Shown here piece after piece: positions 1 through 10,499 of a stretch of DNA of 64,000 nt. The notes beneath the pieces were generated by a model. It saw nothing but the letters and a program-made list of their open reading frames with translations. It had not been told where the DNA came from and searched no databases. Position 1 is the first letter of the stretch; every line of letters begins with the position of its first letter. Source of the DNA: Candidatus Amesbacteria bacterium (GTDB lineage: Bacteria; Patescibacteriota; Microgenomatia; CAZETR01; Amesbacteraceae); contig DAHXMV010000003.1 of assembly GCA_027371535.1 (NCBI GenBank), positions 8,047 through 72,046 of the forward strand, written 5' to 3'. The position numbers and the translations under genes are program-made.

Positions 1-1020
1 CAGACCGGCAATGATCCCGGGAGTTGATAAATCCAGGAGTTTCCAGGCATATTTTTCGATGTCTGCCTGCTTAGCGGTAGCAGTCCCGAAAGTTTCAATG
101 CTTTTGACGATGGGCTCGCGGACGCCGATAACATATGCCAGCTGGACTTCGCAGCGCCGGGCCATTTTAGCGGCCACGACATGTTTGGCGACAAACCTGG
201 CGGCATAGGCTCCGGAACGATCGACTTTGGTCGGGTCTTTCCCAGAAAAGGCTCCCCCGCCGATTCTGGCCATACCACCGTAAGAATCGACGATAATTTT
301 GCGGCCGGTGACCCCGGTATCGGTGGCCGGACCGCCGATATCCCATTTTCCGGTACCATTGACGATTAATTTATCAATATTAATTAAGGGTTGTTTGTAA
401 GCTTTGAGGACGGGGGTAACCGCGTGCTGATACAGGTCAAATTTCACCTGATCATGGGAAATTTTGGGATCGTGGGGATTGGCCAGGACGATAGTGTCTA
501 CGCCGACCGGCAGACTGTCCTCGTATTTAACCGAGACTTCGCTTTTGCCGTCGGGACGGAGGTATTTTAATTTAGTCACTTTCAGTTCATCCATGGCCCG
601 GGTGAGGGCGTGAGCCAGCATGATGGGAAGCGGCATAAGCTCGGGGGTTTCATCCACGGCATAACCAAACATCATGCCCTGATCCCCCGCACCGCCGGTA
701 TCCACACCCTGGGAAATATCCGGAGATTGCTGATGGACAAAAACATCCACCGGGGATTTATGCCAGAAGCCAAATTCTTTTACAGTGTAGCCCAAATCTT
801 CAACCACGCCACGGGCGATATTTTCAAAATCTATTTTTTGGGGACAGGTCACCTCACCGGCGATGGTCATATGATCTACCGTAACCAAGGTTTCCACGGC
901 GACCCGGGATTTGGGATAAATTTTTAAAGCCGCATCCAGAATGGCATCGGATACCTGATCGCAGACTTTGTCGGGGTGGCCTGAACAGACTGATTCGGAA
1001 GCAAAAGTTGAGTAATTCAT
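1..1020 (-). CDS. metK: S-adenosylmethionine synthetase (3' end runs off window)
   Basis: Not in the ORF track. Manual translation from ATG at 1020 gives MNYSTFASESVCSGHPDKVCDQVSDAILD (MetK GHPDK motif); GAGDQG and GGGAFSGKDPTKVDRSG motifs follow. Confidence 0.97.
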   Translation of the reverse strand, partial: MNYSTFASESVCSGHPDKVCDQVSDAILDAALKIYPKSRVAVETLVTVDHMTIAGEVTCPQKIDFENIARGVVEDLGYTVKEFGFWHKSPVDVFVHQQSPDISQGVDTGGAGDQGMMFGYAVDETPELMPLPIMLAHALTRAMDELKVTKLKYLRPDGKSEVSVKYEDSLPVGVDTIVLANPHDPKISHDQVKFDLYQHAVTPVLKAYKQPLINIDKLIVNGTGKWDIGGPATDTGVTGRKIIVDSYGGMARIGGGAFSGKDPTKVDRSGAYAARFVAKHVVAAKMARRCEVQLAYVIGVREPIVKSIETFGTATAKQADIEKYAWKLLDLSTPGIIAGL

Positions 1021-1103
1021 AGATTTTTCCCGCTGAGCGGGACTTGTCGTTTTGGCACCGTGATCTATCGGTTGCCTTCCCGCTAAGCGGAATCTCCTGA
1101 CAA
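1019..1103 (-). ncRNA. SAM-I/IV-like riboswitch upstream of metK
   Basis: Minus strand reads ttgtcAGGAG-hairpin-GGCAACCg atagatca cGGTGCC-aaac-gacaa-hairpin-aaaaatctATG: SAM-I clan core, P1 ttgtc/gacaa, P3, P5, and L3/3' complementarity; directly precedes metK. Confidence 0.8.
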
Positions 1104-1113
1104 TATGGAAATT

Positions 1114-1142
1114 AGAATATACATTCTTTTGAATTTTGTCAA
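1114..1142 (-). promoter_or_regulatory. sigma70 promoter for riboswitch-metK
   Basis: TTGACA-17 nt-TATTCT on the minus strand. Confidence 0.7.
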
Positions 1143-1164
1143 TGCCGGAGTAGAATTGCAAATC

Positions 1165-1749
1165 ATGCCACATTTTGAAATCGGCAGTTCAGAGGAAAAT
1201 GAGCTGATTGACGCTCAAAACTGCATATTCCTAATTAATTCAAAAAGGGTAATTTCTGCCCAGATGTTACTTTCGGCATGCAGATTTTACGGACAAAAAT
1301 ATCCCCAAGCCCAGGTTCATGAAGAGTATGAAATGAGGCTGAGTTTCGACAAATTCAATTTGAGCCTGGAAAAATCCGAATCTTTGCAGGACCCGGGAAT
1401 GACGCTGTTAAAAATTGTGAGTAATGTATTGGATAAAAGAGACGGTGAGAAAATCGGTTATCCCTGGGAAAAGGGTGACCTTGGTTTGATAAGCGATTTT
1501 TTTTGGGGAATCACCAGAACCGATCATTTAGACCGGGACTCTTTGAGGAGACTGGCCAAAGTTTATATAGATAATTGGGAAAGGCCGGGAGTGAAGGGAT
1601 ATTATCTGAAACTGGCAGGAGAATATTATAAAAGAAACCGGATGACACCCGAGAAGAAAACGGAAATAGAACAGCCGTGGATTGGAATTTTGAGAGGATT
1701 ACTACCGGATCTGGAAGCCTGCCTGAGACCGGCTACTGGCCAAATTTAA
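1165..1749 (+). CDS. hypothetical protein (ORFan)
   Basis: Open frame; start moved to ATG 1165 (MPHFEIGS), 8 nt after a TAGAAT -10 box. Confidence 0.65.
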   Translation: MPHFEIGSSEENELIDAQNCIFLINSKRVISAQMLLSACRFYGQKYPQAQVHEEYEMRLSFDKFNLSLEKSESLQDPGMTLLKIVSNVLDKRDGEKIGYPWEKGDLGLISDFFWGITRTDHLDRDSLRRLAKVYIDNWERPGVKGYYLKLAGEYYKRNRMTPEKKTEIEQPWIGILRGLLPDLEACLRPATGQI

Positions 1750-4700
1750 CAGCCCCGGCTTTATATATATTTACCACCTGGGCGGCAGTCAGCGGATAAT
1801 TGTAAATCCGGATGTCGTCTATCTGGCCATTGAAATACTGGCTCTGGCTGGTGGCTGCGCCAACCTGCAAAGCGGCAGTATTGGTGGTATCCCCCAGAGT
1901 GGAGAGGGTTCCAGATTTGACAACCGCCGATTGCTTACCATTGATATATATAGTAGAAGCCGAATCCGAACTCCGCTTGATAACCACAGCAAAGAAATTC
2001 CAGCCGGCGGACATAAAATGCTCCGGGGTGCCCATGCCAAATAAATTAAATGAGGGATCAACGGCCATATAATCAAACTCGCCATTGGAAGAAGCGATAT
2101 TGATTATCCAGCCGGTGGAGGACGCATTTAATTTTGAAATTATGGGGTGGGGATTGGAAAAACTGCTGCGGTTAAACCACCCGGTAACGGTCATATCACC
2201 GGTGGTATTGAGATCAAACACGGACTGGTTGCCCATGGTGACATAATCCCCTGCCCCGTCAAACATGAGAGAGGCCCCGATTTTTCCCGTGGTACCGCCG
2301 TTCCACATTTCCGTAGACGTACCGGAACCGCAGGTACCTGTAGACCGGCCGGAATTAGGGGTAATGGTACCATCCATACCCGCGGCGGTGCCGTTGGCAT
2401 TTAAAGCGGCGTTATGTGCCAGATTGCCCTGGCATTCATCAAATCTATACCAGGCTATGGGAGCCCCGCGGTTGTAGTCATAGGCAATCTGGGCCGGTGT
2501 ACGGACATATCCGTATATTCTTACCTGGTCGATGATACCGGCAAAACTGGACACAGCTACGCTGACTGAGGCACCAAAAGTAACACCGGTAGTAGCCGAG
2601 GAAGACGTTTGAATACCATTTTGGTAAATAGTGCAGTGGGTAGAATCTGTCGAAGTTGCGACAATATATGACCATTGGTTAGTGGAAACTGCAGTACCCG
2701 TGCAACTACCGTAAGTGGGCTGAGAGCTGCCGTTGAAAGCAAGTTTTCCGGTCGTGAGTAAGGTTTTGTTAGCTACACTGGCAGTCGGATAAATCCAGAG
2801 TTCGACAGTATTGGCGTATCCGGGGTCTGTAATAGTAGCAGTCACAGCCTGACTGGATCCGTCAAACTTTAGGGCTGACCCGAATTTTCCGTTTACCCAA
2901 GTCGGCGAACCGGTAAATGAACCTGTGGCTCCGTGACCTGAAGTGTCATTGGCTGTCGTACCTGTATTCTCATCAAATTTCCATTCACCCAGCGGCGGAG
3001 TACAAGTATCTGAAGAATCGGGGACACAAAAGGCGGCGGCGGCGGAATTGCTGGCAATGCCCGTGGAATCGGTGCCTAAATCACCCAACACCAGGGCGGA
3101 GGCTTTATTTAATTCGGCAGATACCTGATCGGAAGTAAAGGCCGAGCCGTAGACTTTAACATCATCCATTAATCCCTGGAAATATTCCCCGCCGGCAAAA
3201 TTCCAGCCCAAATTCAAGCCGGTTGTGTTGGTGCTGGTTAAATTTCCGGTTTGAACGACCTGGCCGGTAAGATTACCGTTGAGGTAGACTCTGATATAAG
3301 AACCATCATAGGTACACCAAACATGAGACCAGGTGTTTAATGACAGGGCCGAGGAGGAAATGGCGGCAGTCTGCCAGGAACCGGAATAAATTGCGCAGTT
3401 GGGGTAGGAATTTGAATCCGTGGTGAGCCGGAATTCATTGGGTTTGGTGATTAAAGTTTTTGAAGCAGCAGACCCAGCTGGTTTGAACCAACCTCCCCAT
3501 GAAAGAGCATTGTATGTAGCGCCATTATTTACAAAAAGCGCTGTCAAGGGAGTAGAGGCAAAGATCTGGGAAGCGCCGTTTAATTGGACAGCCGAATCGA
3601 ATTTACCGGATAAATTCCAGAGAGTGCCAGAATCGGTGGCATTGTAAGAAGAACCAAGATTACCTGAATTATTGAAGGTAGTGCCACTGGCTTCATCAAA
3701 CTTGTACCAGACGGCAGCCGATCCCACGGGAGATCCGGGGGCCGGATGGCCGGCGTTCATATCTTCAGTCACCTGTTTTTGAGTCCTGGCGTAGCTATAT
3801 ATTCTGACATCATCCATAATCCCCTGATAACTTGAAGCAGCGACATTTAAACTGGTACCAAAAGACAGACCAGTGGAAGCACTGGTAGCGGTGACAATGC
3901 CGTTTTGATATAAGGTACAGTGAGTAGTGTCCGTGGAAACTGCGGCGATATGGGTCCAGGTGTTTTGGGAAAGTGCGGTGCCGGTACAACCGCCGTAAAC
4001 CGGCTGTGAACTGGCGTTAGTTGTCAGTTTGGAAGCGGTGACTAAAGTTTTACTCACTACGGAAGCCGTGGGATATACCCAAACCTCGACAGTGTTAAAA
4101 GCTCCGGGATCGGCAATTGTCGCGGTAACAGCCATACTGGAACCGTCAAATTTTAATGCAGTGCCATATTTACCATTAACCCAGGTAGGGCTACCGGTAA
4201 AGGCACCGGTGTAACCATTTCCACTGCTGTCCACCGGAGCCGTACCTGAACCGTCATCAAAAGCCCAATCAACCAGAGGGCCGGGAGAAAAGTTATAAAG
4301 CTGCTGCACTTCAGCAGCATTCAGTGTCCGGCTGTACAACCGGATTTCGTCCATCTGGGAATTGTTGACGGCATAGGAACCGTTGGCGCGGCCGATATTG
4401 AAAGCATTGGCGTTGATGCCGGCAGTCGAGGTGACGACAACATAATTCCAGGAGCCGGAGGTGAGAGCCCCGCCCATGACGCCATTAATATAATAAACAG
4501 GACCGGTGAATCCGGTTCCGGCAACCACACCCGATGATGAGTTAACATATGCGGTTCCGGTAATCAGATTGAGAAAATTGTCAGTGGTATTGGCCGGTTT
4601 GACCCAAAAGGCGACTGATTTAATGCCGGTAATGGTATTTGAAAGGGAAAAATATTTACTGCTGCCGTCAAAGGTCGGGGCATTACCGAATTTGCCGGCA

Positions 4701-6967
4701 GAAAAAGCGGTAGAGCCGTTGTTGGTCAGAGTAAGGCTGTTACCGGACGAATCCGCCGGATTGCCTGATGATTCATCCATTTTCCAATAGCTGATCAAAC
4801 CATTGGTAATACCCGCAGCATTAACGCCGGATGAAGTACCGGAAAGGCCATGAGAACTGGCACTCCGGATAAAATCATTTTGGATTTGGGAGGCGGTTCT
4901 GGCATAACGGAAGATTTTGACGTCATCAATCGAACCCTGCCAGGGGCGGCCGGTACCATCGGCCGAAGCACCGATATAAAAGGCGCTGTTACCATTGAGA
5001 GTACCTGAAGCGGTGAGGGAGTAATTACTGGAAACCTGTAAACCGTCGAGATATAACTTGATGCTTGATGTGCCGTCTTTAACGGCGGTAAGCTGATGCC
5101 ATTGCTGATCGGAAGAAGCATCCGAAGGGGTGGAAACCGTATCTTTGGGAAAAGAGGAATTGGTGTCAGTAATCCCGAAAGAATAAGTCCCGTCGGCATT
5201 CACATACAGGCCATAACCGCCGCCGGTAGCCCCGGGATTGAATTTACCGATAACCGATTGGGAAATGGGGTATTGCACTGAGGATTCTGTCCCGTAGCTG
5301 CCAACAACGGGTTCAGTAGACGCATACTGGCGGGCCAGAAACCAATCCCAATCAGTTTTGCGATTTCGAATGGTATACACACCGATGTAACCGGTGAGAA
5401 AGTCGCTGCCGTTGCCATCAGTATAGGCACCGGGGTTAAGCGAAGCGACTACGGAAGCGTAGTTGTCAGCATAAGTCGTAAAGTCATAAATATTGGAATG
5501 GGCAACGGCTTTTTGAATATACCAGGTACTTAAATTCGGGACCCAGCCCGCCTCATTGTGACAGGTGCCGGCCCCAAAACAGACCGCATGCTGGTAAGGA
5601 CTACCTGACGTATCTTCAAAACAGCTGGAGTAGGAGTGGCAATTGGCAGTATTGGTATCGGTACGCAGATTGAGGGCAGCTTCGCGGTAGGAAAAAGAGT
5701 CGTTGGCGGTAGGTTTATATCTGGCTTCGACGACCAGATCCGAAAAGGAAGAATTACTGACTAAGACGCTCTGACCGGTATAAGTAGCGTTGCCGACGTG
5801 AATGGCCCCACCGGATTGAGTGACCGTCCCTGTCCCCACCGCCTGCCATTTGCCGGAATCAATAGTGGTACCATTGTCAAAATCGTCAAAAAATAAAAAG
5901 ACGTTATTACCATTACTGGCGGCGGCAGCAGCAGGATTGCCGTAAGCCATATAAACGGTTTCATTGCCTGAAATGGACGGTAATTTGATAAAAATATTAG
6001 TCGAGGCGGAGTTACAGGTCCCCTCGGTAATCCAATAGCTGATGGGTTTATTCTGGTTATAGTCGGAGTCAAAGAAGCGGATATCGTTACAATTGCTCTG
6101 CATTTTACCGGCGGCGATCGGGGTAGCCGTATCCACAGTCACCCGCATCTGCATATTGGTCAGAGGACTGCCGGAATAGGTGATATTGATGGGAAGACGG
6201 TATTTATAATCATTTTCGGTGTGGCGGACCCAGGCCTGGAGAGTGAATTTGTCGGCGGCGGCAAAGTCCAGGACAGTTTTGTCGGCGATAGTGGCATAGC
6301 CGTTTCCGCTTAAACCCAGACAACGGTCGCCGACACATTTGTCCGGGGGCTGCCAGGTACCGTTGGTAATTGTCAGGTCATTTTTGTTGGAGGAGGAATC
6401 ATGGGCCGTAGTTCCCTGACCCTCGTCAAATTTCCAGTAGGCGGCCGGGGCCGGGCCATTTTCTTCCGTACCGGCCGTGGGGCCGGCCGAGGGAGAAAAG
6501 GTGCTTTGGGAAAATTGGGCGCTGGTGGTACCGGCAACAGCGTTGGGGTTGCCATAATAGATATAAATCAGGTTATTGCCGACGGCGATATTGGGCATCA
6601 GGACATAAAAATCCGAGGAGGCGTCATTGCAACCGACTCCGGCACCGCCGGATATATTAATGTAATATTGGAGAGACATGCCCAGGGCATCGGTAAAGCG
6701 AACGTCCTGGCAGCTGGTCTGCATTTTGCCGGCGGTAATCGGCGTGGCAGTGTCAAACTGGACCAGGACTTTCTGATTGGTGGCGACCGAGCCGGTGTTA
6801 TTGGTAAAAACCACTCTTTCCCGATAGAGCCAGGCGTCGTCGGCCCAGTCGGCGGCGACGGGCTTGCTGGTGAATAAATAAGCTGCCCCTACAGCGATTA
6901 AGAGGACCAGAAACCAAAGAAATTTCTTCAGTTTTTTAAAGCTGAAACCACGACGTAAAGTCACCAT
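1733..6967 (-). CDS. giant surface protein with DUF2341 and multiple LamG/concanavalin-A-like domains
   Basis: 1744 aa, N-terminal TM/signal, repeated W(K/R)FDE...G...DDV(K/R)IY LamG modules, two DUF2341-like 'D(V/I)RF' modules, S/T/G-rich. Confidence 0.9.
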   Translation of the reverse strand: MVTLRRGFSFKKLKKFLWFLVLLIAVGAAYLFTSKPVAADWADDAWLYRERVVFTNNTGSVATNQKVLVQFDTATPITAGKMQTSCQDVRFTDALGMSLQYYINISGGAGVGCNDASSDFYVLMPNIAVGNNLIYIYYGNPNAVAGTTSAQFSQSTFSPSAGPTAGTEENGPAPAAYWKFDEGQGTTAHDSSSNKNDLTITNGTWQPPDKCVGDRCLGLSGNGYATIADKTVLDFAAADKFTLQAWVRHTENDYKYRLPINITYSGSPLTNMQMRVTVDTATPIAAGKMQSNCNDIRFFDSDYNQNKPISYWITEGTCNSASTNIFIKLPSISGNETVYMAYGNPAAAAASNGNNVFLFFDDFDNGTTIDSGKWQAVGTGTVTQSGGAIHVGNATYTGQSVLVSNSSFSDLVVEARYKPTANDSFSYREAALNLRTDTNTANCHSYSSCFEDTSGSPYQHAVCFGAGTCHNEAGWVPNLSTWYIQKAVAHSNIYDFTTYADNYASVVASLNPGAYTDGNGSDFLTGYIGVYTIRNRKTDWDWFLARQYASTEPVVGSYGTESSVQYPISQSVIGKFNPGATGGGYGLYVNADGTYSFGITDTNSSFPKDTVSTPSDASSDQQWHQLTAVKDGTSSIKLYLDGLQVSSNYSLTASGTLNGNSAFYIGASADGTGRPWQGSIDDVKIFRYARTASQIQNDFIRSASSHGLSGTSSGVNAAGITNGLISYWKMDESSGNPADSSGNSLTLTNNGSTAFSAGKFGNAPTFDGSSKYFSLSNTITGIKSVAFWVKPANTTDNFLNLITGTAYVNSSSGVVAGTGFTGPVYYINGVMGGALTSGSWNYVVVTSTAGINANAFNIGRANGSYAVNNSQMDEIRLYSRTLNAAEVQQLYNFSPGPLVDWAFDDGSGTAPVDSSGNGYTGAFTGSPTWVNGKYGTALKFDGSSMAVTATIADPGAFNTVEVWVYPTASVVSKTLVTASKLTTNASSQPVYGGCTGTALSQNTWTHIAAVSTDTTHCTLYQNGIVTATSASTGLSFGTSLNVAASSYQGIMDDVRIYSYARTQKQVTEDMNAGHPAPGSPVGSAAVWYKFDEASGTTFNNSGNLGSSYNATDSGTLWNLSGKFDSAVQLNGASQIFASTPLTALFVNNGATYNALSWGGWFKPAGSAASKTLITKPNEFRLTTDSNSYPNCAIYSGSWQTAAISSSALSLNTWSHVWCTYDGSYIRVYLNGNLTGQVVQTGNLTSTNTTGLNLGWNFAGGEYFQGLMDDVKVYGSAFTSDQVSAELNKASALVLGDLGTDSTGIASNSAAAAFCVPDSSDTCTPPLGEWKFDENTGTTANDTSGHGATGSFTGSPTWVNGKFGSALKFDGSSQAVTATITDPGYANTVELWIYPTASVANKTLLTTGKLAFNGSSQPTYGSCTGTAVSTNQWSYIVATSTDSTHCTIYQNGIQTSSSATTGVTFGASVSVAVSSFAGIIDQVRIYGYVRTPAQIAYDYNRGAPIAWYRFDECQGNLAHNAALNANGTAAGMDGTITPNSGRSTGTCGSGTSTEMWNGGTTGKIGASLMFDGAGDYVTMGNQSVFDLNTTGDMTVTGWFNRSSFSNPHPIISKLNASSTGWIINIASSNGEFDYMAVDPSFNLFGMGTPEHFMSAGWNFFAVVIKRSSDSASTIYINGKQSAVVKSGTLSTLGDTTNTAALQVGAATSQSQYFNGQIDDIRIYNYPLTAAQVVNIYKAGAVKFGQ

Positions 6968-6995
6968 ACAGACAGTGTACTTTTTATTATAGTAC

Positions 6996-8099
6996 TCACT
7001 CCGGCCCGGTCAGTTCCAGGATAGGGATAGCAGGTAAAGCGGCACCGGCAATACCCTGAACTTTGCCATATATATTTACAGCTCCTGTCATTAATCTTTT
7101 AGCCTGTCCCTCCCGGGTTTTCCAAATTCTTTCAAAAGCCCTTTTTTCCTGATCTATCTGATCCACACTTTCCTTATATACTTCAGCCAAAGCCTGAATT
7201 TGCTGGACAAATTCATGACCGGTCAAATATTCATAGGCGGCATCGGCTTTGTTACCTCTATCCTGAGCAAAAAATTTAGATTTAGCAACTTCAATTAATT
7301 TATCCCGTAAGGCCAATCCCAAAATTTCAGCCAGTTCAGGTTTAACCAACCAAACACTATCCACATAACCAATGCTCAAGGTTATATTTTTGGGCATGGC
7401 GGAGGTAACGATAACAGGGATATTTGCGGCTTCATTACGGAGATTGTCTTTAAGGGTGATCAGCCAATCATTTTCCCAGGACTTGGTTCGCTTTGATTCC
7501 CATAAAATTACACCGCAAACGTGGCCGCGTTTGGTTCTGACAGTCTGACGGATATCGGCGCCTCTGATTCCTTTTTCCACATCATCAATCAAATCATCGG
7601 GAAAAGACTTAATGAGTCTGGTTTTGAGGTCAAGTTCCTGAATTTCACCCTGAAGCTGCTGGGAACCCTGATCGGCTTTACGACGGGCTTCTTCAACCGC
7701 ATTTTTTAAATCATTAATTATTTTATCTTTTTCCGCAAACTTTAACTTTTGTTCCTCAAAGGCTTTATTTTGGGCTTCGATACGAATTTTTTCCTCTTCC
7801 GAAATCAGCAGCTTATGAGCTTCAAGTTTAGCATCATCCCGTTCATTTTTGGCTTTTTTCAACTCAGTTAATAACTCATCCAACTGGCTTCTTAATTTAC
7901 GATTTTCTTCGATGGCACCTCCGGTCTCGTCTTTGGCTTTTTTCAGCTGGAAAGCCAGTGCGGCGGAAGCTTTTTTTTCAGCTTCATCCTGAACTTCAGC
8001 GATTATTTTCCGGCGTTCCTCCTCACGGAATTGGTCTTTTAAAGCCGCATCTATCTCAATTTTGTTACCACATTGATTGCAAACAATAAATCCTGCCAT
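6996..8099 (-). CDS. DUF2130 family coiled-coil protein
   Basis: N-terminal CxxC, long coiled coil, SQQLQGEIQEL, GADI, ILWESKRTKSW motifs. Confidence 0.85.
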   Translation of the reverse strand: MAGFIVCNQCGNKIEIDAALKDQFREEERRKIIAEVQDEAEKKASAALAFQLKKAKDETGGAIEENRKLRSQLDELLTELKKAKNERDDAKLEAHKLLISEEEKIRIEAQNKAFEEQKLKFAEKDKIINDLKNAVEEARRKADQGSQQLQGEIQELDLKTRLIKSFPDDLIDDVEKGIRGADIRQTVRTKRGHVCGVILWESKRTKSWENDWLITLKDNLRNEAANIPVIVTSAMPKNITLSIGYVDSVWLVKPELAEILGLALRDKLIEVAKSKFFAQDRGNKADAAYEYLTGHEFVQQIQALAEVYKESVDQIDQEKRAFERIWKTREGQAKRLMTGAVNIYGKVQGIAGAALPAIPILELTGPE

Positions 8100-8151
8100 G
8101 ACTAACAGACTACAACAAAAAATGAAGCTGTCAATGTGATACTATTGACGT

Positions 8152-8862
8152 ATGAACCGGGTGGTAATCGAAGCCGACAATCTCTCCAGAAATTTCGACA
8201 AAATCAAGGCCGTAGACGGAGTCCACCTGACGGTCAATGCCGGGGATATTTATGCCTTAATCGGGCCAAACGGAGCCGGAAAAACCACTTTTATCAAAAT
8301 ACTGACCGGGCTTTTGGCCCCTTCAAAAGGCATTGCCTGGATATGCGGCCAGGATATCGCCAAAAATCCGCTGGAAGCCAAAAGACATTTCGGCTATGTA
8401 TCGGATAACCCGGTGGTATATGACTATCTGACAGGTTACGAATTTCTGAACCTGACAGGGGCGATCCGGGGTATGAAAGAAAAGGAAATAAAACGCCGGA
8501 TTGAAGAACTGGTACAGATTTTTCCCCTGAAGGAAGTGATGCTGCAAAAAATGGGCAGTTATTCCAGGGGAAACCGGCAAAAAACGGCATTTTTGGCCAG
8601 TATGATATCCAAACCGGAACTTTTAATCATTGATGAACCGATCGCCGGGCTGGACCCGACCAGTATCACAATTTTCGGCCAGACACTGGCCAGATACGCC
8701 AGGGACGGGGGAACGGTCTTTCTGGCCACACACATTCTGTCTTTCGGCCAGGATTTTGCCACCAGAGTGGGGGCGATGAATAAAGGCCGGCTGGTGAAAG
8801 AAACCGAAGTCACCGGGGAAAACCTGAATGAGATCTACAAAGAGACGGTGAATTCGAAATGA
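8152..8862 (+). CDS. ABC transporter ATP-binding protein
   Basis: Walker A GPNGAGKT, signature YSRGNRQK, Walker B LIIDEP. Confidence 0.95.
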   Translation: MNRVVIEADNLSRNFDKIKAVDGVHLTVNAGDIYALIGPNGAGKTTFIKILTGLLAPSKGIAWICGQDIAKNPLEAKRHFGYVSDNPVVYDYLTGYEFLNLTGAIRGMKEKEIKRRIEELVQIFPLKEVMLQKMGSYSRGNRQKTAFLASMISKPELLIIDEPIAGLDPTSITIFGQTLARYARDGGTVFLATHILSFGQDFATRVGAMNKGRLVKETEVTGENLNEIYKETVNSK

Positions 8863-10493
8863 GTATTTTCAAAGTTTTATCAGACACCGACCGCAAAGCT
8901 TTCAAGGCCTGGTTTGCCACGCAAACCTTAAGTAAAATACTGGTTTTCTTTGGCTTTATAGCTGTACTTTTGGGACTGTCCCTGTTTTTGTTTTACAGCT
9001 CCGGCTGGATATTCACATCGCTTTATCACTTAAAAAACTTCGGTCAGCTGACAGCCAACTACATCATGAGGGCGGCGATTTTATTCATCGTAATTTTGGG
9101 CATCGGCAGCAGTACGGCGACTTGTGCAAATTTATTTTTTGCCGGGAATAAGAATTATTTTTACCTGTTAACCCTGCCGCTGGACCCCCGGATACTCGTG
9201 AGATGGATTGTGGCCAAGACCATTGTAGTTAACACTATCATGCTGACGATTTTTCTTCTACCGCTCGGGTTAACTTACGGGTCAATTTTCGGACAGGGGC
9301 TGACGGGATTTCTGGTTATCAAACTAGGGCTGGTCATTTTGTCACTGGCCGTTCTGACAAACAGCGGCGGAGGCATGGCGGCCGTATTTATTGCCAAAAG
9401 AATCAAACGGCATAAATCCGTTATGACGATTTTGGGCGTAATTGTATTTATGGCTATCCTGGTAGCCACTTTCAGACTGGTTTTTCCGGGAAACCTGACC
9501 AGGTTAACACAAATTGACAGCCGACAATTTTTTCCGATTTACAACAACCTGCCTTTGAATAACCGTTTTATCCCCACCAACTGGCTGGCGGATATGCTGA
9601 CCACGACATCGGCGACCAATGTAGTTCTGTCTCTGGTGTTTACGGCCGGGCTTTTTTTGGTTTACCTCCGGATGATGGCCGGGAATTTTTATCCGATATT
9701 GCTTTCAATTTCCGCCAAAGCAGCCGCCCCCCAGGCTACCCTGTCGGGGACGATCCAAACAAATACCGCCTTTCATTTTGAAAAGTATTCCGCGGCTGAT
9801 GCCCTGGCTCTGAAAGATCTGGCGGCAATTATCCGGGCACCGGGCGAATCCGGATACGGAATATTTTTAATCCTGTTAATCGGATTTTTCTTTTATTTAT
9901 TCTCAAGGGTCAGCATTCAGGCGGAAACCACCAGGGAATGGACTAACTGGCTGGTAGTCTTTGCTTATGCAGGCTTCGGGTTTTTTGCCAATACTTATCT
10001 ATTGAGAATGGTGTTTCCGCTGACGGCCAAAGAATCCACCGGCGCCTGGTACATATTTTCCCTGCCGATTTCAAAAAACAAACTGTTGGGATCAAAAATG
10101 CTTCTGGCATATCTGGTCAGCCTGCCGCTTTTACTGATGGCGCTTTTGATATGGTGGCTGCCGCCGTTTTTGAACCCCTATCAAAACTTACTGGCTATCG
10201 GCAGTTTTATAACTACCGGCATGCTGGTGGCGATGCATACATTAATGGGGGCGATCAGCCCAAACTTTGCCGACGGGGACAGCCCGGAACGGGTGAGCAC
10301 CAGTTCCATGGGCATGGCTGCCCTGGTGGTCACAACGGCATTTGAACTACTGTCCGCTTACGGAATCTATAGTTATATAAATCACAGCTGGTCATTTGAA
10401 AGGGTGCTCATTATGCCGGCGGCGGCGGGAGGATGTATTTTACTGACCCTGGTACTGATATTCAGGCAGACACTCGGAAAATATCAATTTTAA
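8859..10493 (+). CDS. putative ABC exporter permease
   Basis: About 12 hydrophobic segments, ATGA overlap with the ATPase gene. Confidence 0.8.
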   Translation: MSIFKVLSDTDRKAFKAWFATQTLSKILVFFGFIAVLLGLSLFLFYSSGWIFTSLYHLKNFGQLTANYIMRAAILFIVILGIGSSTATCANLFFAGNKNYFYLLTLPLDPRILVRWIVAKTIVVNTIMLTIFLLPLGLTYGSIFGQGLTGFLVIKLGLVILSLAVLTNSGGGMAAVFIAKRIKRHKSVMTILGVIVFMAILVATFRLVFPGNLTRLTQIDSRQFFPIYNNLPLNNRFIPTNWLADMLTTTSATNVVLSLVFTAGLFLVYLRMMAGNFYPILLSISAKAAAPQATLSGTIQTNTAFHFEKYSAADALALKDLAAIIRAPGESGYGIFLILLIGFFFYLFSRVSIQAETTREWTNWLVVFAYAGFGFFANTYLLRMVFPLTAKESTGAWYIFSLPISKNKLLGSKMLLAYLVSLPLLLMALLIWWLPPFLNPYQNLLAIGSFITTGMLVAMHTLMGAISPNFADGDSPERVSTSSMGMAALVVTTAFELLSAYGIYSYINHSWSFERVLIMPAAAGGCILLTLVLIFRQTLGKYQF

Positions 10494-10499
10494 TTTCCC

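Noticed and set aside
11-927. Plus-strand ORFs 11..208, 181..369, 610..927
   Set aside because: Antisense shadows of metK
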